A DNA stretch of 64,000 bases from Azolla caroliniana (lineage: Eukaryota; Plantae; Polypodiophyta): contig JBHGNT010000016.1 in NCBI GenBank assembly GCA_043228905.1, forward strand, positions 9,238,001 to 9,302,000. Direction: 5' to 3'. The notes under the pieces were generated by a model, which was not told the origin of the DNA, ran no database searches, and was given only the letters and a program-made list of their open reading frames with translations. Position numbers and translations under genes: made by a program. This document shows positions 25,819 to 38,600 of this stretch, one piece after another (position 1 is the stretch's first letter; each line of letters starts with the position of its first letter).

Positions 25819-26031
25819 TAAGATAGCAATGGGCATGGTTCGGTTTGGTTTCAACTTCTCCCTAAACGGTTTGGGTTTAAATGGTTTGGTTTAAAGTTTT
25901 TACATATTAAATGGTTTGTTTTGGTTTTAACTTTTCCCTAAACAATTTGGTTTGGTTTTTGTTTTATATAAATTGTTCAATTCGGTTTCTTTGCCTTGAA
26001 ACCAAACCGAACCATGCCCATTGCTATCTTA
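25819..26031. mobile_element. MITE with 36-bp perfect inverted repeat
   Basis: TAAGATAGCAATGGGCATGGTTCGGTTTGGTTTCAA at 25819-25854 and its reverse complement at 25996-26031; terminal TA may be the TSD. Confidence 0.85.
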
Positions 26032-26339
26032 GCTTTGTAGATGCTCCTTGCTGCAACATCCAGATTATCCCTCGTAAACTCCTCGATTCTGTTATTGAGA
26101 CTAGTGTCACTTGACTGCAAAGATTTGAAGACTCTCTCCATTGCATGATCCTAATTGCCGTCAAAATCCTCAATTTCATTCCCGTGTTAAGCTTCTAAGA
26201 TGCACAATGTTGCATCATCTAGATTGCCTCCAAATGTCCTCTCATTCTTTTGTTCAACCTTGTCATTGGTCGCTTTTGTGATGTATGACGAGAAGGTGGT
26301 CTATACCACCACTTCTCCCTTGGTCCTTTCTTCATATAC

Positions 26340-26740
26340 CGCATAAAACTTGGTGTTGGCCTCTTCCTTCATTTTCAAATTCTCACGGGTCACATCATTG
26401 GCCATATTTTACAAGGTGTGTGCAACCTCTTCTTCGTTCATCATTTGCCCTTGATTTATTCATCCATGTTTTCGGCATGTAATTTCCCTTTGTGTTGGCA
26501 TCTTTCTTGATTTTCAAATTCTCGTAGGCCATATCATCAATCATTTTTTACAAGTTGTGTGCCACCTCCTCATCTTTCATTATTTGCCCTTGCATAACTT
26601 CATCCCTCTCTTCGACATGGATTTTCCCTTCATGTTGGTCTCTTCCTTCATTTTCAAATTCTCAAGGGCCATATCATCGACCATTTTTGGCAAGGAGTGG
26701 CGAGCCACCTCTTCATCTTTCATCTTTTGCCCTTACTTCA
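26340..26740. repeat. Degenerate tandem repeat, about 139 bp x3
   Basis: TGTTGG..TCTT(C/T)CTT..TTTTCAAATTCTC recurs near 26354, 26492 and 26633. Confidence 0.6.
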
Positions 26741-27299
26741 CTTCATATCTCTCTTTGGCATGGTTATTCCGTTTGGGCTCTCATAATCCTTTTTAATGAA
26801 TCCCACACAACTCCTCTTCTAGGCATGTGCGCCCTCTCTCCAAGGCCCACACGCTCCCTCATCAAATAACAACCCCTCTCTTGGAGACGTGCTGCTTGTT
26901 GATGTCTCCATTAATACCACCATGGCAACTACGGGTGACCTCGGCTGGCCAAATTCATTCCCCTCCCTTCCTTTCACCCTCAATAACCTCAAGACCTTGC
27001 CTACCCACAATTTAGAGAAACACCCTCTTTTCTCCCAAATACCCCTCCCACACACCAACACGCCTACACAAGAAAACATACATAAAAACACAGAAATTTA
27101 TACACACCCACACACACCTCACTCGATTTTCCCCAACACTTCAACACATACATACATAATCGCTATAACAAACACACCCAATTGTGTGTGATCGGAGACG
27201 GAGATTCAAGGGAGGCCCAATTACGTAAAGACACTTAAAAAAATGCCCACAAACCAAATGAATTGCTTTTTTCAGCTCCTCACTCACACTTGAAGAAAC

Positions 27300-27349
<50 letters not shown>

Positions 27350-27434
27350 CACACGAAGGAAACACCAAGGAGAGGTAAATCAAGTGCCTTCCGCCTCCTC
27401 ACAAACACCAACTTTGCGTGTGCGGAAAGAAGCT

Positions 27435-29230
27435 ATGGTAAGATCCCATCTCCTCATCTCGCTTAATGTCCTCTCCTTCTCTAGGAGATTCAGATCCCCA
27501 TAGATCTAAATAATTTCCTGCTCATTCTTTTTCTTTTCAAGGTGTTTGATTTTTAGATCAGCTTTTATCTTTCTTTTATGTTTAATTTATTTTGTTCTCC
27601 CTTTTTTCTGTAGATTTCTGATTCTTTATTTGTGTTAACCTATAGAACTATGAAGGTAGAAGCTAGAAAGTTCAAGACAATTTATGCAAATTTTCCATGT
27701 GCATTTAGTTTTGAAAGTGATGTTCAAATGGAGAGGAAGATCTACAATCTTTGACCTTAGGGTATAGACAACTAGGGTTATGGAAGGAAGTGGAAAGGAA
27801 TTTTTAATTCTAAAAATAAACAAATACATCATCATTTAGATATGTACAAACATGAGATTGAAGATATTGTGGTAGTGGATAGAATGCTTTATAAATGTGT
27901 GTGTTTGTATAGAAAAACATCATCCTTAGTGTAATTTGTGAGATTTCCCAGTGGTTTCCAAATTATCAATCATCTTCATTCATGGAAACTGAAGTACTTA
28001 TCCCTCTTGAAAATTGATGCTATTTTTTGTATATCTCTCTTGACAATTTATGGCATTTTCACATCTATCCACCAAATTTATATCAGTCTTATGATGTGCC
28101 CATTGAAATTTGGAAATCTTCTGCAAATTATTTGGCAATAAATTTTGAGTTGGTTTGGACATGCGCTATCATATTCTTTTAAATTTTTTGTTTATTAATG
28201 TGTGGTGCAGGCTGATTCAAGTCCTCCCATTTATAGCCCAGTGTCCGAGGGAATGTACCCAGTGTTGGCAACATCGCTTCTTAGCATTGGTCTCATGCTG
28301 GCTGCCTATTTCTTCATGTAAGATTGTAATATATTTTCCTGGAAACTTTCTTTTTACATAGTATGCATGTATATCATAGTTGAAGGGATTCTGTAGAAAT
28401 ATATGCAATAGGGGATCACATGATAAGCATGCATGTATATTCACCGTTGAACAGATCCCATAGAAAATGTATGTGCTAGTATACAACATGATAGACAATG
28501 CAAAGTATATAACAAGAAATAATTGGGAAAGTATGCTAGTGGCATATGCAATGTTGTGTTGCAAATCAGCCCACAAGAAATTGTGAACTGTATGAGACAA
28601 TGGAGATTAGCAACAGTGATCAATCAATGATTCATGGCTGTTGTTTGTGAACTTCATTTGCGAGTTGTGATCAATAACGAATGTTTTCATATTTGTCAAG
28701 AGGAAAACTGGATTCTGAACATTGTTCTGGAACACAAAATACAAAGTTAGGCATAACAATACTCTTTAAATGCATATTTGGAAAATACTTAAAATTGCAT
28801 GGCATGGAACTAAGCTATTGAATCCCCATTCATCATCAGTGACTCAACAAAATATTCTTTATGGACTGCCTTTTTGAATAAGGATTTTGTAACTTGTAAC
28901 GTTTGAAATGAAGTTTTTATGTGGAGTTGAGATTCGTGATACATCCTTTAGATCCATTGTTTTGGTTTGATTCTCTATGCCTCACTGCCCCTTATGTTGC
29001 TGATGCAGATACCAAGTCACAACATCAAAAATAAGCCGGAGCATTGTCCATGAGTTTGTTACAGGAACCATAGCTTCTTTTTTCCTGGTTGGTGCTGAAG
29101 GTTCAATTATCTAGAGAGGCAATGATGAATTGTCGCGTTGCTACATTTTATTGATATCGATGTTTATTTTCTAATCTTGCAGGGTTTTGGGTCACTATTC
29201 CTGCTCCTGTGGACGGGTGTGTATGTTTGA
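27435..29230 (+). CDS. OST5: Oligosaccharyltransferase subunit 5 / TMEM258, 78 aa; exons 27435-27437, 28211-28317, 29009-29087, 29183-29230
   Basis: Spliced product MADSSPPIYSPVSEGMYPVLATSLLSIGLMLAAYFFIYQVTTSKISRSIVHEFVTGTIASFFLGFGSLFLLLWTGVYV; GT-AG introns in phase; two TM segments and the conserved FLGFGSLFLLL..GVYV end. The ATG-only first exon is inferred. Not shown by the ORF track. Confidence 0.9.
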
Positions 29231-30434
29231 CGTCTAAGAGAAAAGAGGATGCATGTTTGACATGTCTAAGAGAAGAGAGAATGGGGTCTGTGAGCACAGT
29301 AGTTTTTTTACCTATTTAAGGACAACAAGTGGATTAACTCTTTATTTAGGCATGTAGAATGCCTATATTTGTCATATAAAGTACTTACTGTGGAAAAATG
29401 AGCAATTTCATCATGCGTCTATGACAAAAGTGCAGAATTGTTGCAATTCTTGGTTATTCTGTAATGTTCTTAATTTCAAAATTTGTAGCAACATGCATTT
29501 ATTGTTTGGGTATAGAAATGATCGGGAGAAGGCATTTATATCACGAGTAACTTGAACTTGCCTTGATGGATCTTCGGTGCCTCATTGGTAATTGTTTGGT
29601 ATCGACATGGTAATGGAAATAGAGGTGGATTGGTCAATCATATTGTCTTAAATGGTCTTTTACAAACCATTGTTCAACATTCATGAACACCATCATGTCT
29701 TATAATGTGTGATGGCAAATTGGAATTTGTCCAACATTGATAACATGGTTTGAGTGGACTAGAATTACTTATGTACACAACCTTAGAAGAATGAATCTTG
29801 CCATCCAAACCAATATGTCCAATTTCATGAAATTGAAAAAGATGAGTATCCCGCTTATCGATTGTATAAATCACTTTGAAGCATTACGCAATTATAAGCC
29901 ATTTGTTAATTGATTGTTTCAACAATTAATAAAGGAAGACCATTGATAAGAATTGATGCAACCTATAGCCAACAATGTTGTAGATTCCAAGTAAACCAAT
30001 GTTATATAGAAGGAGAACATATTGCACCAAAAAGATTCTTATCAAGGAAGGTAACTTGGGCAACCTCTCATCCTTAACTCTAAACCAAGAAATTTTGGAC
30101 CCAAAAGCTTGATAAGCAATATCACGAGAATGAGGGAGAAGCCGCATGGTAGAGCTTTGTTACACAACGAGGAAGTTGTGGGAAGTAGTAGTGGCCAACA
30201 TAATTGTGATAGAAGATAAGTCAGTTGGATGAATTGGGATTGGACGGGAGGCGGCCACCTTTTTGTTGCGTTACTGAGTTTTTTGGCTTGAAAATTTGTT
30301 CTGTTTTGCTTGGTTCGGTCGTGTTTTGGCCACCAATGGTTTTATGGTATTATTATGTGACAACTACAAGCAACATGTTTGTAGTGGTAAGTTTTCTTGT
30401 TGTGTACACAGTATGGGTCTTGAGAGCTACATAT

Positions 30435-30592
30435 GAAGAAGAAGAAGAAGAAGAAGAAGAAGAAGATGATGATGATGATGATGATGATGATAACATGGAG
30501 GCTTGAGAGTTGAATGGAAGCAGAACTGGACAAAGATAGCAATGAAGAAGAAGAAGAAGAAGAAGAAGAAGAAGAAGAAGAAGAAGAAGAAG
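30435..30592. repeat. (GAA)n/(GAT)n microsatellites upstream of the PPR gene
   Basis: Read directly. Confidence 0.9.
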
Positions 30593-30679
30593 ACTGTAAC
30601 AGAGTCGTTATGTTTTCACCTCTTTAGAGTTGATGATTAGGCATTCACTGCATGAAGTGGATGTTGAGGTAAAGTTGCT

Positions 30680-33481
30680 ATGTATAACAATGCCTATGCA
30701 AGAATATCATCTTCATTGAGAAACTGTGCGAAAGGAAAGGACATTGTTTTGGGTAAGCATGTACATGGCCTTGTCATTGAGTCTGGTCTGGATCAGAGGA
30801 AAGACCTCTGCAACCTTCTTATACAACTCTATGGGAGCTATGGAGCTATACATGACGCATTGTCTTTGTTCATAAAGCTTCCCTTGACACGACATGTTAC
30901 ACTATTCAACATCTTTCTTAGCCACTTTGCTAGAGAGAAGAACAGCCAAGTTGCTATGGCGATGTATAATCAGCTCTCGCAGGAGGGTATCATCCCCGAC
31001 AAGATCAGTTATATGAGTGTTGTGTCGGTGTGTGCTAGCGAGAAGAATCTGGAAGAAGGAAGAAGGTTGCATTGTGGTATCTTCTATAGAGATGGTAATA
31101 TCAGTAATGATGTTTCCATATGCACAACGATTATGAACATGTACGGGAAGTGTGAATATGTTGGAGATGCTCGAGATGTTTTCAATCAGGTAGTTGTACG
31201 AGATGTGGTCTGTTGGACTGCCATGATCTCCATCTATGCTCAACATGGTCATGACATTGAAGCTCTTCAACTCTTTGAAGAGATGATGCACTGTGGAGTC
31301 AAACCAAACGAGGCAACTTTTGTTAGTGTTCTTAAAGTATGTGTTGGTTTAAGAGATTTACGTAAAGGGAAATTCATTCATCATTGTATAGTTGACTTTG
31401 GATTCGAATCCCATGTAGTCAATGGAAACGTGCTCCTTGATGTGTATGGGAGATGTGGTAGCATGGAGGATTCAGAAAAGATCTTCTTAACCACGTGCAA
31501 GCGAGATGTGGCTACGTGGAATGCCATGATTAACTTATATGTCTCTTATAATCAGGAAGTAAATGCATTTCATTGCTTTGTGACAATGCAGGAGAGTGGA
31601 GTTCGACCAAATAAGATCACTGTGATTGGAATGCTTCGTATTTGTTCAACCTATGATATGCTTGGTTTAGGTGAATGGTTACATTCCCTTATTGTTGACT
31701 TGGACTTGCACTTGGATGATGTTGCTGTGTGTAATGCACTTCTTACCATGTATGGGAAATGTGGTAATACCTTTATGGTTCAAGAACTTTTTGATGAAAT
31801 GACAGTCAGGAATATCATTTCTTGGAATGGTCTTATGTCAGTGTATGTTCGCAGAGAGGAAAGCAAAGGTCTAATGCTAGCTGAACAGATGGAATGTGAA
31901 GGAATTCTCCCCGATAAAGTTACATCCATACTTATTCTTACTGTCTGTGCCAGGGCTAAAATGCTTACTGTTGGAAAACAAATACACAGTTCTATATTAT
32001 ATAGTAGTTATCCAGAAACTGATGTTGTTGTAGGGAATTCGCTTGTAAATATGTATGCAAAGTGTGAGGACTTCACCAATGCACAAAAAGTTTATAATAA
32101 TTTGCAGGCAACTGACATCTTTTCCTACAATGCAGTTATTGAAATGCTTATGAAGCAGAACAAAACAAATGAAGTTTTTCAGATTTTTCAACAAGTTTTA
32201 CAAGAAAGTCTTATGCCTAGAAAAGTCACCTTTATGTGTTTACTTTCTGCATGTAAAGGGTCTAACATGCTTACACTGGGTAAGCAAGTCCATTCATATA
32301 TCCAAAACTCTGAACTTCTGTCAGATACTATGGTGGGAAACGCACTTGTAAACATGTATTGGAAGTGTGAATCCCTCAGAAATGCAGAAACAGTGTTTGA
32401 GGCAATACTACAACGGGATCAAGTCTCCTGGAATTCAATGATGCAAGTGTGGGCATCATATGGTTTCAGTGACAAAGTACATCACATGTTTTATCAAATG
32501 ATAATGGAGGGAGAGATTCGAGACAAGGTCACATTCCTCAATGCTACGTATTCAGCATGTACATATTCTGCAACTTTGAAGAATGCTAAGCATATTCACA
32601 CTTACATCAATGCCAATGGTTTTCAGAAAGACATTGCCGTTAAAAACATTCTCATCAGAATGTATAGTAAATGTGGTAGTCTGGATGGAGCTAGAGAAAT
32701 TTTTGATGAAAATTATGAGATCATTCCGTGGCATGCAATGATGGTTTCTTATGTTGAGCAGGGTAAGGCTATAGAGGCCTTTGTCCTCTTCAACCAAATG
32801 CAAGAACAAGGTGAAATCCCGGATGAAACATCATTTGTATGTGCTTTATCTGCATGTGCATCACACTCCGTTTTAACTCAAGGAATGAGATTGCATGCCT
32901 CTATAGAGTGTGATTCGGTTGGAATGAGAGAGGTGGTGATTGGAAATTCCCTTATCAACATGTATGCGAAATGTGGGAGCATAGTTTTCGCGAGACATGT
33001 ATTTCAACAGATGGAAAATCATGACATGATAACATGGACGACACTAATCTCAATGTATGCTCAACATGGGCAGATTGAAAATGCACTTCAAAGTTTACAT
33101 GAGATGCAAGATAACGGAATCAAGCCGAACGATATAACCTTCCTTAATATTCTAAATGGGTGTAGTCATACTGGTTCAGTTGATGCTTGCATTCGATTCA
33201 CTCTCCAAGGATGTGATGGTGGTGGTGGGATGCTCTCAATGTGTGACCATTTCGTCAGCATAGTTGATCTTCTTGGAAGGGCAGGTAAACTAGAAGAGGC
33301 CGAAGAGCTGATTAAGCTCATACCATTTGAACCTAGTGTTGTTCCTTATATTGCATTGCTTGCGTCCTGCAAACATGAAGTTAATGTTACCCAAGGATTA
33401 CACGCTGCTAGAAAAGTATTTGAACTTGATCCAAGAAACACTGCAGCTTATGTCTTGCTCTCGAATACAATGTTTGTGTGA
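30680..33481 (+). CDS. PLS-class pentatricopeptide repeat protein with E extension, no DYW domain (organellar RNA-editing factor type), 933 aa, intronless
   Basis: Repeated P-L-S triplets (GNSLVNMYAKC, DVVCWTAMI, PNEATFVSVL); IVDLLGRAG and ELDPRNTAAYVLLSN at the end. Confidence 0.92.
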   Translation: MYNNAYARISSSLRNCAKGKDIVLGKHVHGLVIESGLDQRKDLCNLLIQLYGSYGAIHDALSLFIKLPLTRHVTLFNIFLSHFAREKNSQVAMAMYNQLSQEGIIPDKISYMSVVSVCASEKNLEEGRRLHCGIFYRDGNISNDVSICTTIMNMYGKCEYVGDARDVFNQVVVRDVVCWTAMISIYAQHGHDIEALQLFEEMMHCGVKPNEATFVSVLKVCVGLRDLRKGKFIHHCIVDFGFESHVVNGNVLLDVYGRCGSMEDSEKIFLTTCKRDVATWNAMINLYVSYNQEVNAFHCFVTMQESGVRPNKITVIGMLRICSTYDMLGLGEWLHSLIVDLDLHLDDVAVCNALLTMYGKCGNTFMVQELFDEMTVRNIISWNGLMSVYVRREESKGLMLAEQMECEGILPDKVTSILILTVCARAKMLTVGKQIHSSILYSSYPETDVVVGNSLVNMYAKCEDFTNAQKVYNNLQATDIFSYNAVIEMLMKQNKTNEVFQIFQQVLQESLMPRKVTFMCLLSACKGSNMLTLGKQVHSYIQNSELLSDTMVGNALVNMYWKCESLRNAETVFEAILQRDQVSWNSMMQVWASYGFSDKVHHMFYQMIMEGEIRDKVTFLNATYSACTYSATLKNAKHIHTYINANGFQKDIAVKNILIRMYSKCGSLDGAREIFDENYEIIPWHAMMVSYVEQGKAIEAFVLFNQMQEQGEIPDETSFVCALSACASHSVLTQGMRLHASIECDSVGMREVVIGNSLINMYAKCGSIVFARHVFQQMENHDMITWTTLISMYAQHGQIENALQSLHEMQDNGIKPNDITFLNILNGCSHTGSVDACIRFTLQGCDGGGGMLSMCDHFVSIVDLLGRAGKLEEAEELIKLIPFEPSVVPYIALLASCKHEVNVTQGLHAARKVFELDPRNTAAYVLLSNTMFV

Positions 33482-33941
33482 GAGAACCACCACGGGAAGT
33501 AGTTCACTAGCCCGACACAATTTATGCGGTGCACTCAGTCAGTCCCAAACAGGATTGGGACAGTTCCAACTATCAGTCCCATCGGCTAGCCCTCGAACGG
33601 CTAGTCCCAACAGGCATATCAACCTATATAAGAGAAGGCATGGAAAAAAGTATTCATTCGCTCATTCTCATTTTCAGAAGTTGATGTTTGGTGCTCTCTC
33701 CCTCTCGGATCAGAGTGGTGTTGTCCCAACTCTTCCTGACTCTCCTTGGGGATTTGTGCCAATATTGAAACTACTTTGTAACATTCTGAGTTGTGTATAA
33801 TATAATAAGCATTTTGTCCTTTGTTTTGTCTCTATGGCTTGATCTTTATTTGTATTATGTCTCACAAGAATTTAAGGATGTAACAATTTATATATTGAGC
33901 TAAAAACAAATTGATTATGATCTTAGCAAGTTGAAGATCCG

Positions 33942-34190
33942 TTAGCCACATTCTTTAAAGAAGTTTTTGTTAGATAGCCAAACAAGAACATGATTTGACA
34001 ACTCGAAAGCATGATCTATATGCATTGTACATGTGAAATTTTCGTACTGACTAGCATGCAACAAATACCATCTATCAAGCCTTGCATAGTATGAAGAGTG
34101 GGTGGTGTGATGAAAGGTAAATACAGGAACATCTGGCTGCGTCATTTTCCATAAATCAGCCCAATCCAATGAGCTTTGCATATTATACCA
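33942..34190 (-). mobile_element. LINE (L1-like) endonuclease fragment
   Basis: DLW...FTF...YARLDRWY...LSNH matches the APE endonuclease C-terminal motifs. Confidence 0.7.
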
Positions 34191-34196
34191 TTGACC

Positions 34197-35660
34197 TGTT
34201 GGGAAACAGGTCCCTCCAGAGGGGATCCGGATGAGAACCGGACGAGCCGGATAAGACGGGACGAAGGTGGGAACCGGACTGGATGGATCCGGAAGGTATC
34301 CGGATACCGGATCAGATAGATCCGGAAGGAGTCGGGTCCGATTTGGTACGAACTAGCAAATAAGAACATACTAGTAAATATGTTCAGACGTGACCGTTGA
34401 GGTCATATTTGTAAATAATTCCAAAATTATATAAGTATAAATACGATGGGAAATTTGAGCGGAATATTGCTTGGCTACAACCGAGTCTTCAAGTGCTCTA
34501 TGGAGAATCAAACACAGAAAATGGAAGAAGGAGAAGAATGCATGTTCACAGACAACAGTAAAGAGTACACAGTGTGTTTTATTTGGAAAACCCTAATAGG
34601 GAAAAAACACGGGTGTCCACAGACTCCTAACTATCACTATATGAAGATCTCAGAGAGGTTACAAGAATGAAGGTCTTAGAGGCAACGACCTTGAGATCTC
34701 CCTTCGCCAACAGGTGGATACACTTTGTATCTCTCTCTCTCTCTCTCTTTGTCTCTATCTTGGTTAAACACACTTACAAGAATGATAACCACATTCGCTT
34801 TCACTATGTGGTTGCCCTAAGTCATATTTATACTCATATGACTTTAGGGCTATTTACAAATATAGTCTAAATGGGCTTACTCTAACATATTTACAAATAT
34901 GTCCTTGGATCCGGTTTGCATCGGATCCATCCAGATTCCCTTGATCCGGTTTTCGGGTCTCATCTGGCTCGTCCAACTCTCATTCCGATCCCATCTGGAG
35001 GGACCTGAATTCCCAACAAACTCCCTCATCACGCCGGCATGGGATGTTTCGTCAACCCGATTCACCTTCATCATGCGTCTAGCTTGTCGGCTGTCAGCAC
35101 CTTGGTCAACATGTCCGATCCGTTCTCCTCCATGTGGATCTTCATCAACACGAAGTCTTTATGGGTGAAAGCATGCGAATGGAAACACTATTATAGCTAT
35201 TTAGCTGGTAAATTGACCACAGCTAAATAGTTTTTTTTATAGCTAATTTTTAGTTGGAAGATCTTAAAGATACGTATCATTTATGATGGGGATGGAAATA
35301 TTACCATTTATGGTCCACCGTTTAGCTAGTCTTTATTTGAGATCAAATTCTAATCATCCCTAAAAATGCCAAAATATACAGATTACATGTAGCTTTTTAG
35401 ATAGCTAATTAGCTATGTCAAGGACATAGCTAATTGTTCCCATTCCCATGCTTTCACCCTTATCTTCTATCTTCTCCCGGAGCCAATGATACCTACGCTA
35501 GATGTGCTTTGTCCCGGAGTGGTATGCTGCGTTCTTTGCAAGGTGGATGACACTTTGACTGTCGCAGTAGAACCTGTATTCCTCCTGTCCGATCCCTAGC
35601 TCTCCGATGAAGTCCTTCATCCAGATTACTTCCTTGCCGGCTTCCATAACTGCCATATAC
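34197..35660. mobile_element. Family E copia fragments: partial + LTR 34197-34442, minus LTR about 34447-35018, PPT and RNase H tail to 35660
   Basis: LTR motifs shared with 41419-42163 and 56409-56871; RNase H tail homologous to 42403-42729. Confidence 0.75.
35163..35459. mobile_element. 297-bp MITE inserted in copia RNase H
   Basis: TIR GGGTGAAAGCATG(C/G)GAATGG(A/G)AACA, TTAT on both flanks, TAGCTA-rich interior. Confidence 0.85.
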
Positions 35661-38600
35661 TCAAGGCTAGAAAGCTTCAGTTGAAGGCTAAGCTAAATAC
35701 CTTGGAAAAAGGTAAGATGTCAGTGAATGAGTATGCTTTGAAAATAAAGAGCATATGTGAATCACTTGCTTCTATCAATGTGAAGGTAGAAGATGATGAT
35801 AAAGTGGAAATATGCTTAAGAGGTTTAGGACCTCAATATAAAAGCTTCAAAACATCTATTCTCACAAGGGATAGCATCCCAAGTTTTCCAGACCTAGTTT
35901 CAATGCTTGTAGTGGAAGAAAGAAATCAAATGGATGATGTAAACAAAGGAAACTCTGAGACTAAGCGGCAAGCCCTCTACAATAGTGCTGGAAGAGGTCA
36001 AGGAAGAGGCTATGGAAGATTTGGTTTAGCTAGAACCAACAACAATATTTATCAAGGAAGAGGATAACTGGTTACAAGTGGAAGAAACAACATCAGAGGC
36101 AGAGGGAGCAATCGAGGCAGAGGTAAGCAAACTTATTTGAATGATGATGGCTCTTGGTATTGTGGAAAACCAGGCCATACACAGGCTGAATGCTATAAAA
36201 AGCAAAATGATGAAAAAAGAGGGAAGAGACAACAAAATAATTATGCCTCAACCAGTGAAGACTGTGATAAAGATGGTGCATTTGTGGTGCAACATGAAAC
36301 AACAACAATGGCTGAATGTTCACAGAGATGCAATGAAGAGTTTATGTGGTATTTAGATTCTGGGGCATCTAATCATATGACAAGACATGCAAACTAGTTA
36401 TGAAAGTCTAAGAGAACCAGAGATTCCTGGTTATGTACAGATAGGTGATAATACTACTCACCAAATAGAGCATGTTGGAGATATCCCATTGTGGGAAGAA
36501 AAAGGAAAAACAAAATATATGCCGAATGTGATGCATGTTCCAAACCTTGCAAAAAATCTAATTTCTATTGGACAAATAGTAGAGCAAGGAATGCAAGTTA
36601 AGTTTAAGCAAAGTGGATGCTTTATAGAGAAACAAGGAAAGCTTATTGCAAAAGGAAAACGTCAAGGAAGGATGTTTGTGTTAGATGTGGATATGCCTAA
36701 AAAGATTACAGCCATGTTTGCAGAAAGAATGTGTGTAATCTCAGATGTGGAAATGTGGCATAAAAGAATCGGTCACATAAGTATGCAAACCTTGAAAAAT
36801 ATGTTGAGGAAAAATGCAGTGGCTGGATTGCCTAAGTTGAAAGATTGCGAGATGAGCAAAATATGTGAAGCATGTCAATATGGAAAGCAAAACAGGTTGC
36901 CTTTCCCTCATGAAAGACATGTAAGCAAAAATTTGTTGGATTTGGTACATACAGACGTATGGGGACTAACAAAAAATGCATCAATTAGTGGATGTAAGTT
37001 TTATGTAACATTTATTGATGATTGCTCAAGGAAAACACGGGTTTATTTCATGAAAGAAAAAAGTGAAGTATTTGATTGTTTCCGTAAGTTTAAATGCATG
37101 GTAGAAAAGCGGGTTGGAACTAGAATAAAATGTTTAAGATCTGATGGAGGAGGAGAACACTTCTCAAATGAATTTTCTGATTTTCTATGCAATCAAGGAA
37201 TAAGAAAAGAGTTCACATGTAGATATACCCCACAACAAAATGGAGTTGCTAAGAGGAAAAACAAAACTCTGGTGAACATAGCAAGAGCCATGATGACTGA
37301 AAAAAATATGCCATTGTATTACTGAGCAGAAGCTGTAAACACAACAAATTATATTCTAAATAGATGTATAACATCTGGAGTGCATTAAGTAACTCCTGAA
37401 GAATGTTTCTATGGCAGAAAGCCTAGTTTAGAACACTTAAAAGTGTTTGGATGCCTTGCTTATGTTCATGTACCTGTTGAAGTGAGAAGTAAGCTTGATC
37501 CAAAAGCTGAAAAATGTATTTTTGTTGGATATTCAGAGGAGCAAAAAGGGTATAGATGCTATAACCCTTTGACAAAAAAGATTGTGGTATGTCGGGATGT
37601 AATATTTGATGAGTTGGGCAGCTGGTACAACCCAAAACAAAATGTAGAAACAATTGAAGACAATGAAAATGAAGACAACGATAAATCTGAAAATGTAAGA
37701 GATAACCACAGAGATGGAAACAATGTTGGACAACAAAGTTCAACATCAATAGAATGTACATGACCATAAAAAAACTCTGGTAGTAAATCTGATTCAAATG
37801 CATGGAGTGGAAAACATGCAAGACATAAAAAATATGATGATAAAAAGGGAAAACAGAAAATGCCAGAATATGAAATGCTTGATGATGGGTCTAGAAACAT
37901 GGAAGATGTAGATTCAGATACATCATTGGATGATGAGCTTGGTATAAGAGCCCTGAAAATCCCTGGTGATAGGGTGTATAAGACAGATGATAGTCGTACA
38001 CACAATATGAGGGCTTGACCAAGCCGATTAGATGGAGTTGTGAATTATAATAGATTATATAGATCTAGATAACTACGATTTAGAGAGGAAAACTCAAGAA
38101 ATTAAGATAAAAGGTTGGGAAGATGAGAAAGAGATAAGAATGTTATAATATTCCACTTCAAGTCAATACAAATAGGATAAACCCCACAATGAACTTAAAA
38201 ACCAAAGACCTTCTTACTACCCATCACTCAAACCCACTCCTAAAAACCATCTTCTTCCACTAAGATACTTCTTCCTAGGACTCCTCCCCCTCTATTCGGA
38301 CCTCCACTTCTTCTTTTATAATTTTCTTCTTCTTCCTCGTTCACGCTATTTTTAGAAGCTTTTTATCTCCTAGTTTTAGCTAAGACCCAATGACCTTCTA
38401 ATCGTTATACCTCCCTCATCAGAGCTCCAAAGTTAGTGATTTAAAAAGCTATAGATAACTCTCTTCACAAGCTTTCTAACCCATATTTAAACATAATATT
38501 TGGGTGAAATATGAAGGAGTTATGAACATTCCTTTTTTACTGTTTTTTATGGTCCGTTTTTTCTCTTTTTACTTTTCTTTTGGCCTCTTACTTTTACTTT

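Noticed and set aside
29674-30147. Minus-strand ORFs between OST5 and the PPR gene
   Set aside because: No motif I can recognise; may be decayed TE, unsupported
33327-33800. Frameshifted DYW continuation of the PPR
   Set aside because: No PG box, HxE or CxxC deaminase motifs downstream
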